Of a stretch of 64,000 bases of DNA, positions 1 through 12,577 are shown one piece after another (positions within the stretch are counted from its first letter, which is position 1; each line of letters starts with the position of its first letter). This DNA comes from Saprolegnia diclina VS20 (lineage: Eukaryota), in NCBI RefSeq assembly GCF_000281045.1, contig NW_008246068.1, positions 46,564-110,563 of the forward strand, in the 5' to 3' direction. The notes beneath the pieces are model-generated. The model did not search any database and was not told the DNA's origin. It worked only from the letters and a program-made list of their open reading frames with translations. Position numbers and translations under genes: made by a program.

Positions 1-511
1 GACGTTCTCCACCCCGGAACAGATGTCGTGGTAATAATTCTGCAAGCAAAATGAACAAAAAGCAGTTGGGTTTGAAGTGGGGTGGTTGCTGTGATCTAGC
101 TCCTATGCCCTTGCTTGGTGTAAGGGTGATGGGGCAGAGAGGATTGCGAAGAACCGCGAGGTGGTCTCACGTTCGGGTATACGTAGTGGGTGGGATGTAC
201 AGCAAACCAACTTTCCTGTACAAACTTGCGAAGTCGAAAAGGTGTGTCGCATTGCCCTACTCTGATCAATCAGAGATACCGGTCGTACCAGGGGTTGATG
301 CTGCATCATGCATTATCGCGTTTGTCGAAATCAAAATGACATGTCACGCTGCCAGACTGGGCGGACAGGTGGGACGACAGCACATGCATGGCGTACATGC
401 ATGAATAGGCCCGGCACAGGCCTCGCCGACGCGTCGATGAGTTTGAACTTGCAACGGAACTTCTGGCGTAATTTGCGCAATGTCCATCGACATTTGTCCA
501 TCGCTGTCGAT

Positions 512-1026
512 GTGCACTGGACTCACCCCTCGCATAATGACGGGCAGCTGGTCGGCCAGCACGGCGGTTTTGAAATGCATCTAAGGTACAGTATCCGTGA
601 GCTGGCCAGTACAGTTAGATCTACTACTACTGCAGCACGTGGGCTCTGACGCCAACCAGCCTCGCGGGCCATGACAGCTTCCATCGCCGGCAGCTGCGTC
701 GCCTGCTCGGGATCTTCCACNNNNNNNNNNNNNNNNNNNNNNNNNNNNNNNNNNNNNNNNNNNNNNNNNNNNNNNNNNNNNNNNNNNNNNNNNNNNNNNN
801 NNNNNNNNNNNNNNNNNNNNGTGCACTGGACTCACCCCTCGCATAATGACGGGCAGCTGGTCGGCCAGCACGGTGGTTTTGAAATGCATTTAAGGTACAG
901 TATCCGTGAGCTGGCAAGCACAGTTAGATCTACTACTACTGCGGCACGTGGGCTCTGACGCCAACCAGCCTCGCCGGCCTTGACAGCTTCCATCGCCGGC
1001 AGCTTGTCCTGCTCGGGATCTTCCAC
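512..1026. repeat. ~205-bp near-identical duplicate on either side of a 100-N gap (512-720 vs 821-1026)
   Basis: The same sequence gtgcactggactcacccctc...gggatcttccac precedes and follows the gap, with scattered substitutions and a small indel. This is typical of two haplotypes overlapped at a scaffold join. Confidence 0.85.
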
Positions 1027-1469
1027 TCGAACAAGCTTGCCGACGTCGCGCTCTATAAACGTTGCGACAGCGAACCGTTGAGTACGATCGTCGCCCACCA
1101 GCGTTGGCGCCTTCTAGGCCACGTACTGCGGCTGGGTCGCGGCGTCCCGGCCAACGTGGCTGCGGACCGCTTCTTTGCCCCATCCGAGGCGCCCCGTTTC
1201 TTAGGGCGCACCAAGATCACGCTGCCGATCGTCCTGCACCGCGACCTCCAGTCGCTGACGCCGCCTCAGTCGCTGGCGTCTCCCGAGGACCTTGACAAAC
1301 GGCGTAGCTTTGCCGCCGACCGCGACGCCTGGAAAGATTTGACCGACCGTGTCGTCCGGCGCCTCGTCTGCGGCCACAAGCACCGTAGGGCGACGACAGA
1401 AGAGCCAGACGAGCCCCCGCGCCGCCGCCTGCGCAGCCACGGACCGGCGAGCGAATGAAGAAGAAGGAG
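921..1469 (+). mobile_element. 5'-truncated non-LTR retrotransposon (RTE-like LINE) 3' end
   Basis: Reads YYYCGTWALTPTSLAGLDSFHRRQL..LGIFHSNKLADVALYKRCDSEPLSTIVAHQRWRLLGHVLRL..., the typical post-RT C-terminal region of RTE-clade elements. TGA at 1456-1458 runs into a (GAA)n tail. Confidence 0.75.
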
Positions 1470-1724
1470 ATTGCTAGTCTCTACGTATGCGAAGTCTTTG
1501 TGTAACTATGAAGATAACGCGAAACACGTTCATACATATACTAGTATGCAGCATGAATACTGTAGAGAGTATATTGCGAGATCATGCACACGCACTTCAT
1601 TGTGCATCGCGTGACCAAAAATAAATCCTGTCTGAAACACTGGATTCAAACAAGATCCGGTGCGTTGCTGGATTTAACGCGTTAAACAAAATGGCCAATG
1701 GCATCGGAGCATTCCGTTTCGAAG

Positions 1725-2467
1725 ATGGGCCGAGCAGCGACGACGGCGGTCGGCGCGGTCGTCCTCGCGGCCATCGCCGGCGTCTGGCATACCGGGCTGC
1801 TGGAGCCTTACTACCACGCAATCCTCCATGGCAATGCCCCCGACGCCACGTTCTACGAGGTGTGTCATTGCGGTGGCGAAGGGTCCGACGCCATTCGCTG
1901 TCGCTGTAGGTGCTACGCGTCGCACCGACAGCGTCACCCAGCGAGATCGCGGCGGCCTACCGGTCGCTGTCGCGTGAGTACCATCCCGACAAGACCAAGT
2001 CTCTCTCGCCCGCGATGCGCGACGCGCACACGCAAGCGTTCTACCGCGTCGCCGGTACGTGTCCATTCTGCGACCCTGCCAATGTTGGCGATGAGCTAGC
2101 GGCGTACGAGACCTTGTCCAACGATGACCGACGACGAGACTACGATCGCCAGCTACACCAAGTCGCCAAGCCGCCGTCCATGACGTGGCAGTCGCGCGTC
2201 CATCTCTGGTGGTGGCAGCTATGGTATTCCTTGTCGTTTGAATCCATTGGCTACGTTGTGTGTGGCCTCGGCCTCGTCACGATTCTCTGCGAGTACGTGC
2301 TGGCTCCCATCCAGCAGCGCGTCTTCCGCTCCCGACACCCACCGTCCAACCCGGATGTGCAGCAGCCTGGCACGAGCCTATACGAAGCGCGCTTGCGGCT
2401 CCAAGCCCAGTACGACGCTGACGCACAGCGCCGCTCGCAGCACCGACGGGCGACACGAGTGCGTTAA
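1725..2467 (+). CDS. DnaJ (J-domain) membrane protein
   Basis: N-terminal hydrophobic segment, then FYE|VLRVAPTASPSEIAAAYRSLSREYHPDK (HPD motif), AAYETLSNDDRRRDYD and a C-terminal TM. Introns at 1860-1909 and 2055-2099 (in-frame, 45 nt). Confidence 0.9.
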
Positions 2468-2493
2468 ACGAGTCGTATTATGCTTTTACTCGA

Positions 2494-3902
2494 TCACGTT
2501 TTGGTCATTGAAAGGGTCTTGTCCATATCGGCGGCGCCGTGGGCTTTGCGAACAAAGCTCTGCTTGATGTCGGCAGCGACCGCGTTGAGGAATTCGCTTG
2601 GAAAGTGCAGCGCGGCGTCCGCGGCCAAGGTCTTGAGGTCTTTGACGTTCTACTTTGACGTTGCCAAATGTACTACATACGGGAATAAGGCGACCTTGAA
2701 GAGCGGTACGACTTGGTCAATGAGCGCGCGGATCTTGTCGGGCTCGACGTCGCTGTAGATACCCGTGACGGCCACAAACACCTTGTCGATGGCATTTTGC
2801 CGCTCGCTACAGCACATACGTTCCCACTCGGAGAATTGCCGTATTCAGTACCGGGCCATTTCGTCTTGAAGAGCGGCGAGCCGATCGCGAAGCTCGGCGC
2901 CGTCGACTTCGGCTGCGGTCGGCGGGAACAAGCTTGTGGCATATCGAATGAGAAATTTGATGTCCTTGAGCGACTTGATCTCTGTGTAGATCGACTATTC
3001 ACACGCAACCGTATGATGCCATTTGCAAATTTGTAGAGGCATACCAGCACCATGGGCTCGACGGCCACGGGATCGATCCGGTCAAAGTAAATGTTGCGGA
3101 TCTTGAGCTCAAGCTCGGCCGCCAGTTTCTTCTTCTGGTTGTCTTGCTTGAGCTGTACAAAGTGCGCGCGCATCGCGGTCGCTGTCGCCGAAGGGTGGTC
3201 GCTGGCCGTGATCAAGTTGGGTGGAAATAGACGCTCCAGGTTGCGGATCAGACTCTGGACGTCGTCTTCGGTCGGAAACTCTTTGATCGCGCGCTTCATG
3301 AGGCGGTGAATGCGCTCCATGCCGTCGTTCGTATCGGCGCTTTCGCGGTACGGCTATTTCCACGCCATTTTCAGTGGTTGCACACGCAGTAGAAGGCGTA
3401 CCCCGTCTTTGAGTTTTTCAAACAGAATTTGCTTTTGCTGGCGCCGGACGTCCTTTCGATGTAGATAGCGCAGCACGCTCGCGCACACGGCTTGCGCCTG
3501 CTTCTCGCTCTTGCCAACGACCTGCGTCGCAGCAAGCAGCTTGGCGGCCAGCGGGACGCGGTCAAGGTCCAGGACGATGAGGTGCTGCATGCGGCCGAGC
3601 TCGCACGGCAAGTCGCGCAGCTCAGTGCGATTGAGGTCGAGGACCTGCAGCTTAACGCACTTGTGGATCGAAGGTGGGATCGACTGCAACGGGTTGTCGT
3701 TGAGCCAAAGAAATTCGAGCGCAGCGAGCTGCCCGATCGCGTCTGGGAGGACGCGAACGTGGTTGAAGCCAAGATCCAACCGGTACAAGGCCGAAAAGTT
3801 GAGGCGGAAGAGGTCACTCGGCACAGCGCGCAGGTTGAGCTGCACGAGGTGCAGCAGCCCCGTCTGCTTGGCCTCTTCGAGCTTACCCAGAAGGTCCGCC
3901 AT
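2494..3902 (-). CDS. Leucine-rich-repeat protein (multi-exon)
   Basis: LRRs (LYRLDLGFNHVRVLPDAIGQLAALEFLWLNDNPLQSIPPSI...) in the 3354-3902 frame continue through short introns into helical repeats (ELKIRNIYFDRIDP). Stop TGA at 2496-2494. Confidence 0.8.
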
Positions 3903-4036
3903 GCACGACCTTTCGATCTGCGATTGACGGTTTCCGACAAATTTGGTGCAAACTAAGATTTGGAAAATAAGATGGGATAAGGTTAATTGGAGGATACGCT
4001 CGCGGCGCGCGATGCGTGAAGAGTGATGCGAGTCGT

Positions 4037-4558
4037 CTAAATGTTGAGAAGGTCTTCGAGAATGCGCATCTCGAACGGGTCGATGGGCGCACTGGCTGGC
4101 GTCGATGCTGGCGCTGCATCGGTGAAGAGGATGCTATCCAAAATCGCATGGTCGAGCATGTCCGTGGTTGTTGCTGGCGACTCGCCTGGCTGGTGCTTGA
4201 GGCAAAAGCCGCCCGCCCGCGCATGGTACGAGCAGCCGTCGACTTTGCAAAAGCGGCCGCCGCCGTGACGCACGCATTTTTGGTTGGCATGCGCCTGCTT
4301 GGAGCAGCCGTCGACGAGGCAGTAGCGCTTCAGGACGTTGCCGCCGTGCTTGCCGCAGAAGCGGCCGCCGCGCGCGTAGAACGAGCAGTTGGCGATCGCG
4401 CAGACGCGCTTGCCGCCATGGCGCACGCAGAGATACCGGGCGTAAACCTGGTTGGTGCACTCGGGAATCGAGCAGACGCTGCGGTTCTTGTGCTGTTGGC
4501 AGCGCGGCAGGCCCGGGAGCGCCGTCGCTGCGCAGTCGTTAAACAGGCACTGGCTCAT
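4037..4558 (-). CDS. WRKY19-like C-x4-C...C-x2-HGG zinc-finger repeat protein
   Basis: Repeats CSIPECTNQVYARYLCVRHGG / CAIANCSFYARGGRFCGKHGG / CLVDGCSKQAHANQKCVRHGG. ATG at 4558, with CCAAT boxes upstream (4687, 4718). Confidence 0.85.
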   Translation of the reverse strand: MSQCLFNDCAATALPGLPRCQQHKNRSVCSIPECTNQVYARYLCVRHGGKRVCAIANCSFYARGGRFCGKHGGNVLKRYCLVDGCSKQAHANQKCVRHGGGRFCKVDGCSYHARAGGFCLKHQPGESPATTTDMLDHAILDSILFTDAAPASTPASAPIDPFEMRILEDLLNI

Positions 4559-5227
4559 GGTAGAATTTGGAAATGGCCAATCTGACCAAAGTCGCAAGAC
4601 GAATGAATCCACCGCAAAATGCGCGCGACGACATAGCGCAAGATCCAGTGCATTTTGAGATATTTTCAATGGATTGCGCGGCCTGTGATTGGTCAGGTGA
4701 AAATCCCACTTGTTTGTGATTGGCTGGTGAGGTAGACCCAAGCCCACAGTGGCGCACTGGAATCAATTTCTACGACGACTAGGAATTCGACTATCAATAG
4801 CCCTAAATCTAAATGTGCTAACACCATTGACGCGAATGGATTTACCTGGGACCCGTCACTCACCAAGTCCGAGGCCCATCAATCACCTGTCTCACGAGCT
4901 GCGAGCTAGGGTTGTGGACCGTGCTCATCGAACTCATTCCTCCACACCGCAGAGATGTCGAGTCCTTCACTGCCGTCTCAACAAGGGCGAAAATACACTG
5001 AAAATACCAGTGGGTTGCTGCTGCGAGTATGTTGCGAGCTTCGATTGTACTTGGCTATATTTTGAGGAACGAGACAACATGTCGATTGGGCACCAAAATG
5101 ACATTATGTATCAACAGGTACACTAAAGGTATATATTATCCTGGCTATTGAGAGGGCGAGGGGAGGCGGACTGCTTCGGTCCCATCATTTCAGTCCGAAC
5201 GGGCGCGCAGTGGTACGACAAAGGAGG

Positions 5228-6365
5228 TTAGATTGCTTGCGAGCGCTCGCTGTTGTAGCTCGAACAGAGCGTCGACTCGGTGTCAAAGATGTGACTGTTG
5301 GTCGGCAGCGGCTTCTTCCGCAGCATGTGCCAGGCCGCAAGGCCGCAAAAAACCGGCAGCGAGAGCCCGACGCCGGCAATGATCCACGGCCAATTGACTA
5401 TCCGAAACATGAGATACTTTTGATCCACGATAATACCAATTGGATAGATAGATACCTGCCGCGGCCGGCGTTTCGCGTGGACGCTGGGCGTCCATGACGC
5501 ACTGGGCGATTGAGGAACAAGTGAGCACAAACTCGTCGCTCGCAAAGTCGACCATGCCCTGGATGCTGGCCTGGCACTGGTCGAGCGTCCCGAACGGGGT
5601 GCAGAGGCGGCTGTCGGTCGAGTAGCACTGGTTGGGGCTCAGCACGCGGAGCGCGATCCACGAGTTCTTGATCGGCGAGCATTGCCAGAGAAACGACGCG
5701 GGCACGTCGCCGGTCGAGGTCGCGTTGCGGATGAACATGGCTTTGGCCACGGAGCACCACGTTGTGTTTTGCTCGTAGCCCGTGCTGCCCCAAAAGCTCA
5801 TGTGGGTCGCGCCGCAGAGCGCAGCGCGGAGCGTGGCGACCGACGTGATCCGCGCCGCGCAGTCGGCCATCGTGTTGTAGAAGACGCAGTTGACCGCGTC
5901 CGTCGAGAAGCACCCGACCTCGTGGCTCTGGGGAACGATGGCCACGCGCATGTAGAGCGTCGGTGCCGTCGGCGGCTCGCGCTCCATGCACTTCCAGTTG
6001 GCCGTCACGGCCGAGAGCGCGGTCGACTCGGTTGATGCCCGGACGAGGAACGACTCGACGCTGCGGTCCCAGCGGCCCATGACAGACGTGTTGTAGCGCC
6101 AGAGAGCCATGTTGCCTTGGCTATCCGGGCCATCAAAGGTCACAAACTCGTAGCCGGCGACGACGGCCACGGACGAGATGGACTGGTTCCAGTCCGGCAG
6201 CACCTCGCTGCTCTTGGCGCCGAGCGGCAGGTCGCGGCGCTCGCCGACGAAGCCCGGCCGCGCGAAGATGGTCACCTGGGCGTACGCAGGCAGCGCCAGC
6301 ATGAGCATGAGCACGAGCGCGCGCCATGGCAGCGGGAAGGACGGGTCACCCCGGCGTCGACGCAT
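5228..6365 (-). CDS. Crystallin-like/Cys-rich single-pass surface protein, family member 1
   Basis: Signal peptide; VTIFARPGFVG..WNQSISSVAVVAGYEFVTFD..WDRSVESFLVR (beta/gamma-crystallin-like); GCFSTDAVNC..CGATHMSFWGSTGY..WC; phase-1 intron 5398-5455; TM; tail DTESTLCSS. Confidence 0.8.
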
Positions 6366-7127
6366 GTTCGCACTTGCCTCTCGCCTGTCGAGTGTTTCTA
6401 TCACTTGGAGATTGTATCTGGGACACTCAAACGGTATTATATACGCAAATGTCGGCGGCGAAAAGGCATATTTTGCGCCTCGTGTCCCAACACCAGCCCC
6501 GATTCGCGTACCCAGTAACGAATTAGCAACCAGCGGCACGAATTGACGGCATTTCATAGCGCAGCAGGACGATGCAAGCGAATTGAAGACAGGTCGGAAT
6601 GCCGATCGTCAACGAGGCTGGGCACAGCGCCAGGGCAAGGCGTGAGTTCGCCGGACGCGCCGCCTTGGTCGTTGGGACGCAATTTTTCGCCACTTCCGCG
6701 CGCCAACCTCGGCGCCTGTATCAACACCGACTCTACGCGTTCGATACTAGAACGCTGGCTTCGATGGCCCAAGCCAACCGCGAGCTCGCACCGACACCGC
6801 AGCAGGGCGTGGCAAGAGCAGTGATCGAGGCCGCGACGCCTGATCTGTTGGTTCCGATGCAGCGTCGTTGTCGTGTGTCGTTCGGCCGTTTGAGCCAAGT
6901 GCAATCACATGTTCTGTATTTTGTTAAGAAGCGCTTTTAATTGTTCTTGTCATGTGGCCATGACGCCTCTTGCATTGGCCATTGCGCGGAAAAAATATGC
7001 TGCCTTGAAGTTAAACGAGCACGAGATGCAGGCCGAGCGCGTGCATCTCGCGACGCGCGGTGTGCTACATTGTACGACGCGATACGACATGAGCAAACTT
7101 GCTTTCAATGTACTTATTTAATGCTTC

Positions 7128-7926
7128 TTAACTAACCCCGACCAGATCGTCAACCAGAGGCCTATCATCCGACTCGACGGGTGTCCCTTCTTCCTCATCG
7201 TCGCTGAGATGCACGCAATACGTGTCTTCGGTCGTGGAGGCGTGTTGTGGTCGGTTGGCCTTTATTAACGTCAAGACGACCCACACCGTGTAAGAGAGTA
7301 CGACGAGAACGAGCAACAGGACGAGCAGTCTTCCTTCTTCTAGTAGACAAAGCTCCATTTCGCCTTAGAATATCATGGCAACTTGCATCTTTGCGTTGCT
7401 GCGGCGCACTCGTCATCGACGCGTCGGGGTCCTCGACGCCTTTGTCAGGTAGTACACTCGACCATGGTTCGAGCGAGCCCACAAGCCGGGCAGTGGCCGC
7501 CTCGCACACGATCGAGGTGGGAAACTCCGAACACCCCGAGACGCCAGCGCCAGGAACACAGTAGCGCCGACCATTGGTCGTACGTACCGCAGTGTACACG
7601 CGGTTCTGATTAGCGCATTGCCAGGCGGTGGTGCCACTGGAGCTCGAGTTGCTGCAGTAGGCGGCTTGAGCGACGCCGCACCAGCTCTGGTTGAAGACGA
7701 CGGGGCTGCAGTCGCCGGCTCGTAGCAAGCAAGACGGGTACGTAGCGTCCACCGTTCTGAGCGGGAGCTCGAGAGACAACGAGAATGTGTATGCGCAAGT
7801 AGCACCGTCGGTCGAGAGGCACTCCACGTGGTCTGGGAAGCGACGCGCCAAGAGGAAGCCCGACGGTGTGGCCACCGCCTGCCACAACGAAGCTGGTGCA
7901 GTGTCGACAAGAGTTGAATTCGTCAT
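7128..7926 (-). CDS. Cys-rich single-pass protein, family member 2 (no crystallin domain or obvious signal peptide)
   Basis: ECLSTDGATC..WC..WQCANQNRVYTAVRT..YC..C..F..C; phase-1 intron ending near 7342; TM LLVLLLVLVVLSYTVWVVL; tail TEDTYCVHLSDDEEE. Confidence 0.65.
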
Positions 7927-8367
7927 GATGTGAATGTCCCGGGAGAAGGAAGGTTGCGGAATGAAGATGGAGGCTGCTCGGTCGAGGACAACATCTCTGC
8001 TTGGTTTAGAGGGAAGGATGGTGAATACATGGACGCTCGGTGCGTCATATTCGAAGTATTCGAGGGCTTGCGGCGGCTTGGTGATTCAAGTTGTTTGGAC
8101 GAGCTAACCCCACGACGCCTGCGTCACAACTCTCTTGATGCGACGTCAACGCTCCCACGACCGCGCTTGTAGAGCAGTAATGTGGAAGCTACTTGCCCAG
8201 AGCAAAGAGGACTGTGCGAGCTGGGCTATATTCGCGATGCACCTTCTCGTTGACGACTGTTTGCTATAACACGACGTTGGCGAGTATGTTCGTAGTCGAA
8301 TCGTACGAACTATTGTCAATGAAATAACATTGTTCATACATAAATCCTCGTGTTCTATCGCACTCGC

Positions 8368-9172
8368 TTACGGGGTCGGGAATTCGCGAAAGGCGCTTGG
8401 TGACGTGCACGAGTCACAGCGGCTCGAGAGGACTGTGGCGTCCAAGCTCGCTCGCATCGTTCCATCCACGCTCGTTCGGACTGCTGGCCGTAACGCAGAA
8501 ATGTAGTAGCGCTGGGCAAACACCATCGACGACAAGACGCCAACGACGCTCGCGACGGTCCACACGACGCCTAGAGCTCCATGGTCAGCTTCCAGTCTAT
8601 GAGGAGACAGATAAACCCGACGTACTGGATGTGACGACAACCGTCTGCACGCCCAAGCACGACGCTTCACAGAGCGTTTGGCAGTACGTGCAGCCTGGGT
8701 CTGATGGCAGCAGTAGCGCGGTCGTGGCTTCGCACGAGGCGATAGATGGAAACTGCTGGCACGGTCCTACCGCGTCGAACGAAGGGAGGCAGTAGGTACT
8801 GCTGTTGTCGATCTTGCGCAGAGCGAGGATCGTGCTGACGCTGGTGTTGCATGCCATTTTGCTGCTCTCGGCGGTATTGTGCAACGAGGCATTGGCCGTG
8901 GCGCACCAGCCGCCGCTGCCCCAGAGACCCACGCTGTCGAGAGGGCAGCCCACGGACGTCGTCGTGTTGGGACTGGCGAGCAAGGAGGGCCAGAGCCAAA
9001 TGCTGGTTTCGGTTGCGCAGTTGACGCCGTCGACCGAGTAGCACTCGGGTGTCGTAGTAGTCGCGAGGCGGACCGCGGCGAACCCGTCCGAGCGCGGGAG
9101 GAGGCGCCAGGGACCTTCTGCCGCCGCCGCAGCGGATAAGAAGCAGAAAAAAAAAAGCGTGTTCCGTGTCAT
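8368..9172 (-). CDS. Cys-rich single-pass surface protein, family member 3 (no crystallin domain)
   Basis: Signal peptide MTRNTLFFFCFLSAAAAA; ECYSVDGVNC..WGSGGWC; phase-1 intron 8571-8625; TM VVWTVASVVGVLSSMVFA; tail LDATVLSS. Confidence 0.75.
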
Positions 9173-9974
9173 GGACAACAAAAGAATGTCCTTCAACGAG
9201 TTGGCGACCGTCGCCGCCGTGTCTTTATCACTTTGCAAAGTTTTTGATGCCCATCCATTTTTGTGCTCGCGAGCTTGTAGTTCGCGTCCAGATTGCTCCC
9301 GATTCTTCCTGGACAGACGTTGAGGGGCGGGCGGAAAGAGGCTGGAGGGGATAATAGGAGGTGAGTAAAAGGGGCAAGTTGTTTGATGTGTTTGTGGCGC
9401 TTGGACGCCTTAGTCTCGGGGTTGATCGGGGACAGGGATGTTGTCGAGGTTCCCGCAGCGTTTCGCGAGCCTGTAGCTCGCGAGCTAAAAAACGGAACCG
9501 AAAAGAAAGAACATGCCGGCGCAGGTGGCCAACCCACCACGTGTCGCAGTGGTGACGCCATGCGAGCCAATCGCAAAGTCCCTTGGCGGGTGCAGCGTGT
9601 GACGTGGTCGCGCAGCCTCGATATCAGGTCTCTTAGTAGGACGACAGACCTGGTCCTGTGGCCTTGTTCTGCGGGAACAGCTTCTTTAATCGGTCGCTTG
9701 CGCTTGAAGTCGCCGTGCTGAGAACGTGTATCGCAGTGGCAGGTTCTAGCAGCTTAAGTAGTAGTGAGAATTCACGTTCCCAGCTCTTCGTACCACCTCT
9801 TCGTGGCACCGCAGCTGCTTTGCCCTGCAAATCACACGTATTTCACATGCAAATCACACGTATTTCACGTTTCTCACATTTAGCACACGCACGTTGATTT
9901 GCATGTGTAAAACACACGCCTGCTGACACTGGACAATACAAAGAAGGTCGCCAGGTACGCCGATCGATCAACAG

Positions 9975-10956
9975 CTATGTGTACGGCGCCTGTGGCTCGT
10001 CGAATTCGTTGCAGCTCGAGCAGTAGGTCGCATCGACGTCGCGACTGGCTTTGGCGCGAAGGCGGATGACGACGAGGACGGCAAGCACGACCAGGAGCGT
10101 CGACGCCACCAAGAAGCCAAAGACAAAAGACTCTAATCAGGATCATCATGAATACCCTAGATCGAGAAAGGAATGAAGGTATACCAATAAAGTTGGACGG
10201 CCCGGTGTGGTCGGACAAATGCCCATACTGGTAAAACGCGTCGAGGTCGTACGTACCGTTCTCGTTGCTCCACAGCAGCGCGCGTGCGCACGTATCGGCC
10301 ACCTCGGCGGACGGGAACGAGTCGCACGCGCTGGTCCGCGCCTGGACGCACAGCGATTCGTCGAGCACCTTGATGACGATGCCGCTGGGATCTCGTGCCG
10401 GGATGTAATGCCAGCCGTGGCGCCCGCTCGAGCTGAGGCCAAAACGAGCCTTAGCGCACCACTCGTGCAGCCCATACCCCGTGTTGTTCCAGTGCTGAAC
10501 CCGAAGTGGGCCGCATGGCGCCGGGCGGAGGCGCTCGATGTCGTCGTTGTGGTCGAGCAAGTCGTAGAGGTGCGCGCTCGTCGTCGAGTTGCGCACCATG
10601 ATAAAGCCGTCGCGGGTCGCCGCAAACTTCCAGTCGAGTGCACTCGGCGGCGCTTCGATGCTAGCACTGGCATTCGTCACGCGAAGCGACCGGATGCGAT
10701 GCGTCCACGCTGCTGTAAAGCTTGTCGAGTACCGCCACTCGGCGCGCTGGCCCCGAAAGCCGACCTGGTCGAATGTTGTGACAATGTAAGAGCCGTCAAT
10801 AGCGAGCGACTGCACCGCGCTGTGGCCGGATAAGAGGCTCGAGACGTTGGCGACGTCGCTGGCGAGCAAGAGGGACCGACCGCGGAACGCCGGAAGCTCA
10901 AAGAGCGTGATCTGCGCGTGCGCGGCGGCGCCTAGCAGAATAAGCAGACGACGCAT
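9975..10956 (-). CDS. Crystallin-like/Cys-rich single-pass surface protein, family member 4
   Basis: MRRLLILLGAAAHA-QITLFELPAFRG..VTTFDQVGFRG..WTHRIRSLRV; PCG..WNNTGY..WC; phase-1 intron 10133-10184 restores TM SFVFGFLVASTLLVVLAVLVVI and tail VDATYCSSCNEFDE. Confidence 0.8.
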
Positions 10957-12577
10957 CCGCAAATCGCGGAAAATCGCCAAGTGCCACGACCGTGAGTCGA
11001 GACCGTGTTTGGAATCTAAACTGGTGCACTCGCGCCGGTCACATCAACTGGTCACGCCAGGACGCGCAGGAAGACGAATCTTGCGTGAATAGGTCGCCGC
11101 GGAGCAGCTAGCTACTCGACTTGCTGCTGCGTGCAGCGCCAATCTGCCGGGATACTGTTGTCGTCTCCGCTTCGCACCAGCGTGGAGAAGATATATTCAG
11201 ATATCCAGTGTATCCATAGTATAAAGACGATATAGCTATACCCATCGTGCCATACAGGACCGCTGCGGTTCGTTGTTGGATTGAGGATACCAAGGTACAA
11301 GAAGCCAGCGAGCCAAGGCGTCATGGGCAAAATGATATTCCGACTCACGAGATTGCACACGATTTTTGACCAATCAAAATCCAAAAAGATCGTTGGAGCC
11401 AATCCGAGAACGACTCGTATGATCCTGATTCTCCCAAACGCAGGTCGACAAAAGGAAGACAAATAGGACAGCATTGATTCATCGGATGCGAATGACCGCT
11501 AGTATATAGCCATATCCGATGACTTATGTCGTTGCAATTTCCACGCTGGCATTTTTCCAAAAAATATTTCTTTTTGGAAAGCCAAACGGGCCGTCTTTCG
11601 AAGCAGGTCGGAACATTCGCGATGCTTGAAATTTATTCGCTGAGGACGGGTTGCGCGTAATATTTTCAGACGACTCTCGATCGTACGTACAGCTTTCTCG
11701 TTGTGCGCGTCGTATGTACAGCCATAGCATTGAACGCATGCAACAGGAACTCCTCGCTTGCCACCTCGAGATGCAGCCATCGAGTAGGAGGCCGCCCCTC
11801 GAAATTTCAGCAGCTTTCAGGACGAACCCAATGTGAGAGGTCTGTCGCTCGCGACCAAAAAAGTGAGTTCGCTGACGACTGCGTCGACAACTGCTGTTGA
11901 CGACTGTGCTACCACTCTTCGGCGCTATTCTCCAGCGCAGTTCTGCAGCTTGCCAGCTCACACCATGGACCAGAGTCTAGCATTCGAGTGATGTCTAGAG
12001 CTTCACACTGGTCCTTGGAAGCTGCTGTTCCTTGGCGCGCCGACTCTTGACCAGACCAGGTCAACGTGTAGTCAGATCGTGTGCACCCAGGTGCCATCTG
12101 TCAAGTTGAAGTTTGCGCATGGTCCATCAAGGTTTGGTCCGGATCTTTGCTCCTTTTATGACCTCATACAAAACGACAGTACAAGCCGTGGGCCATGCAC
12201 ACTGGAGGCAAGACGCAGCCGGAGTCGCCCAGATGGCGGCCAAAGAAGAACAGCAAAAGGAGCAGCTGGCGATGCATTTCCGTCGCGGAAATCTCGCCGC
12301 TGCTGGCCCCAGACCCACGACCGCCGCCGTCGCGCGCTCATAGCGTCTCTGTGGCGCCGTCTCTCGGTCTCTCAGCATCGCAAGTGGCACAAGGGCCGTC
12401 CTTACGTAGTACGAGCGCGCCTGTCCGAGGTTGCCGTATGCAAAGCCACTGTAGGACAGAGCCTATGTTGGACAGCGTGGTCAACACTCGTCGAAAACGG
12501 CCAATCACGGCGCTTCGAAAAAGCATCCAATCGCGATCTCAGATCTGATCGGCTTCAACATCGCCAGTTTACCTTTC

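Noticed and set aside
512..1026. Possible tandem duplication or LTR pair
   Set aside because: The copies abut a 100-N gap and differ like alleles, so a scaffolding artefact is the most likely explanation.
11280..12343. Interrupted ORF fragments that might be a decayed gene
   Set aside because: Multiple stops and no recognisable motif; cannot be supported.
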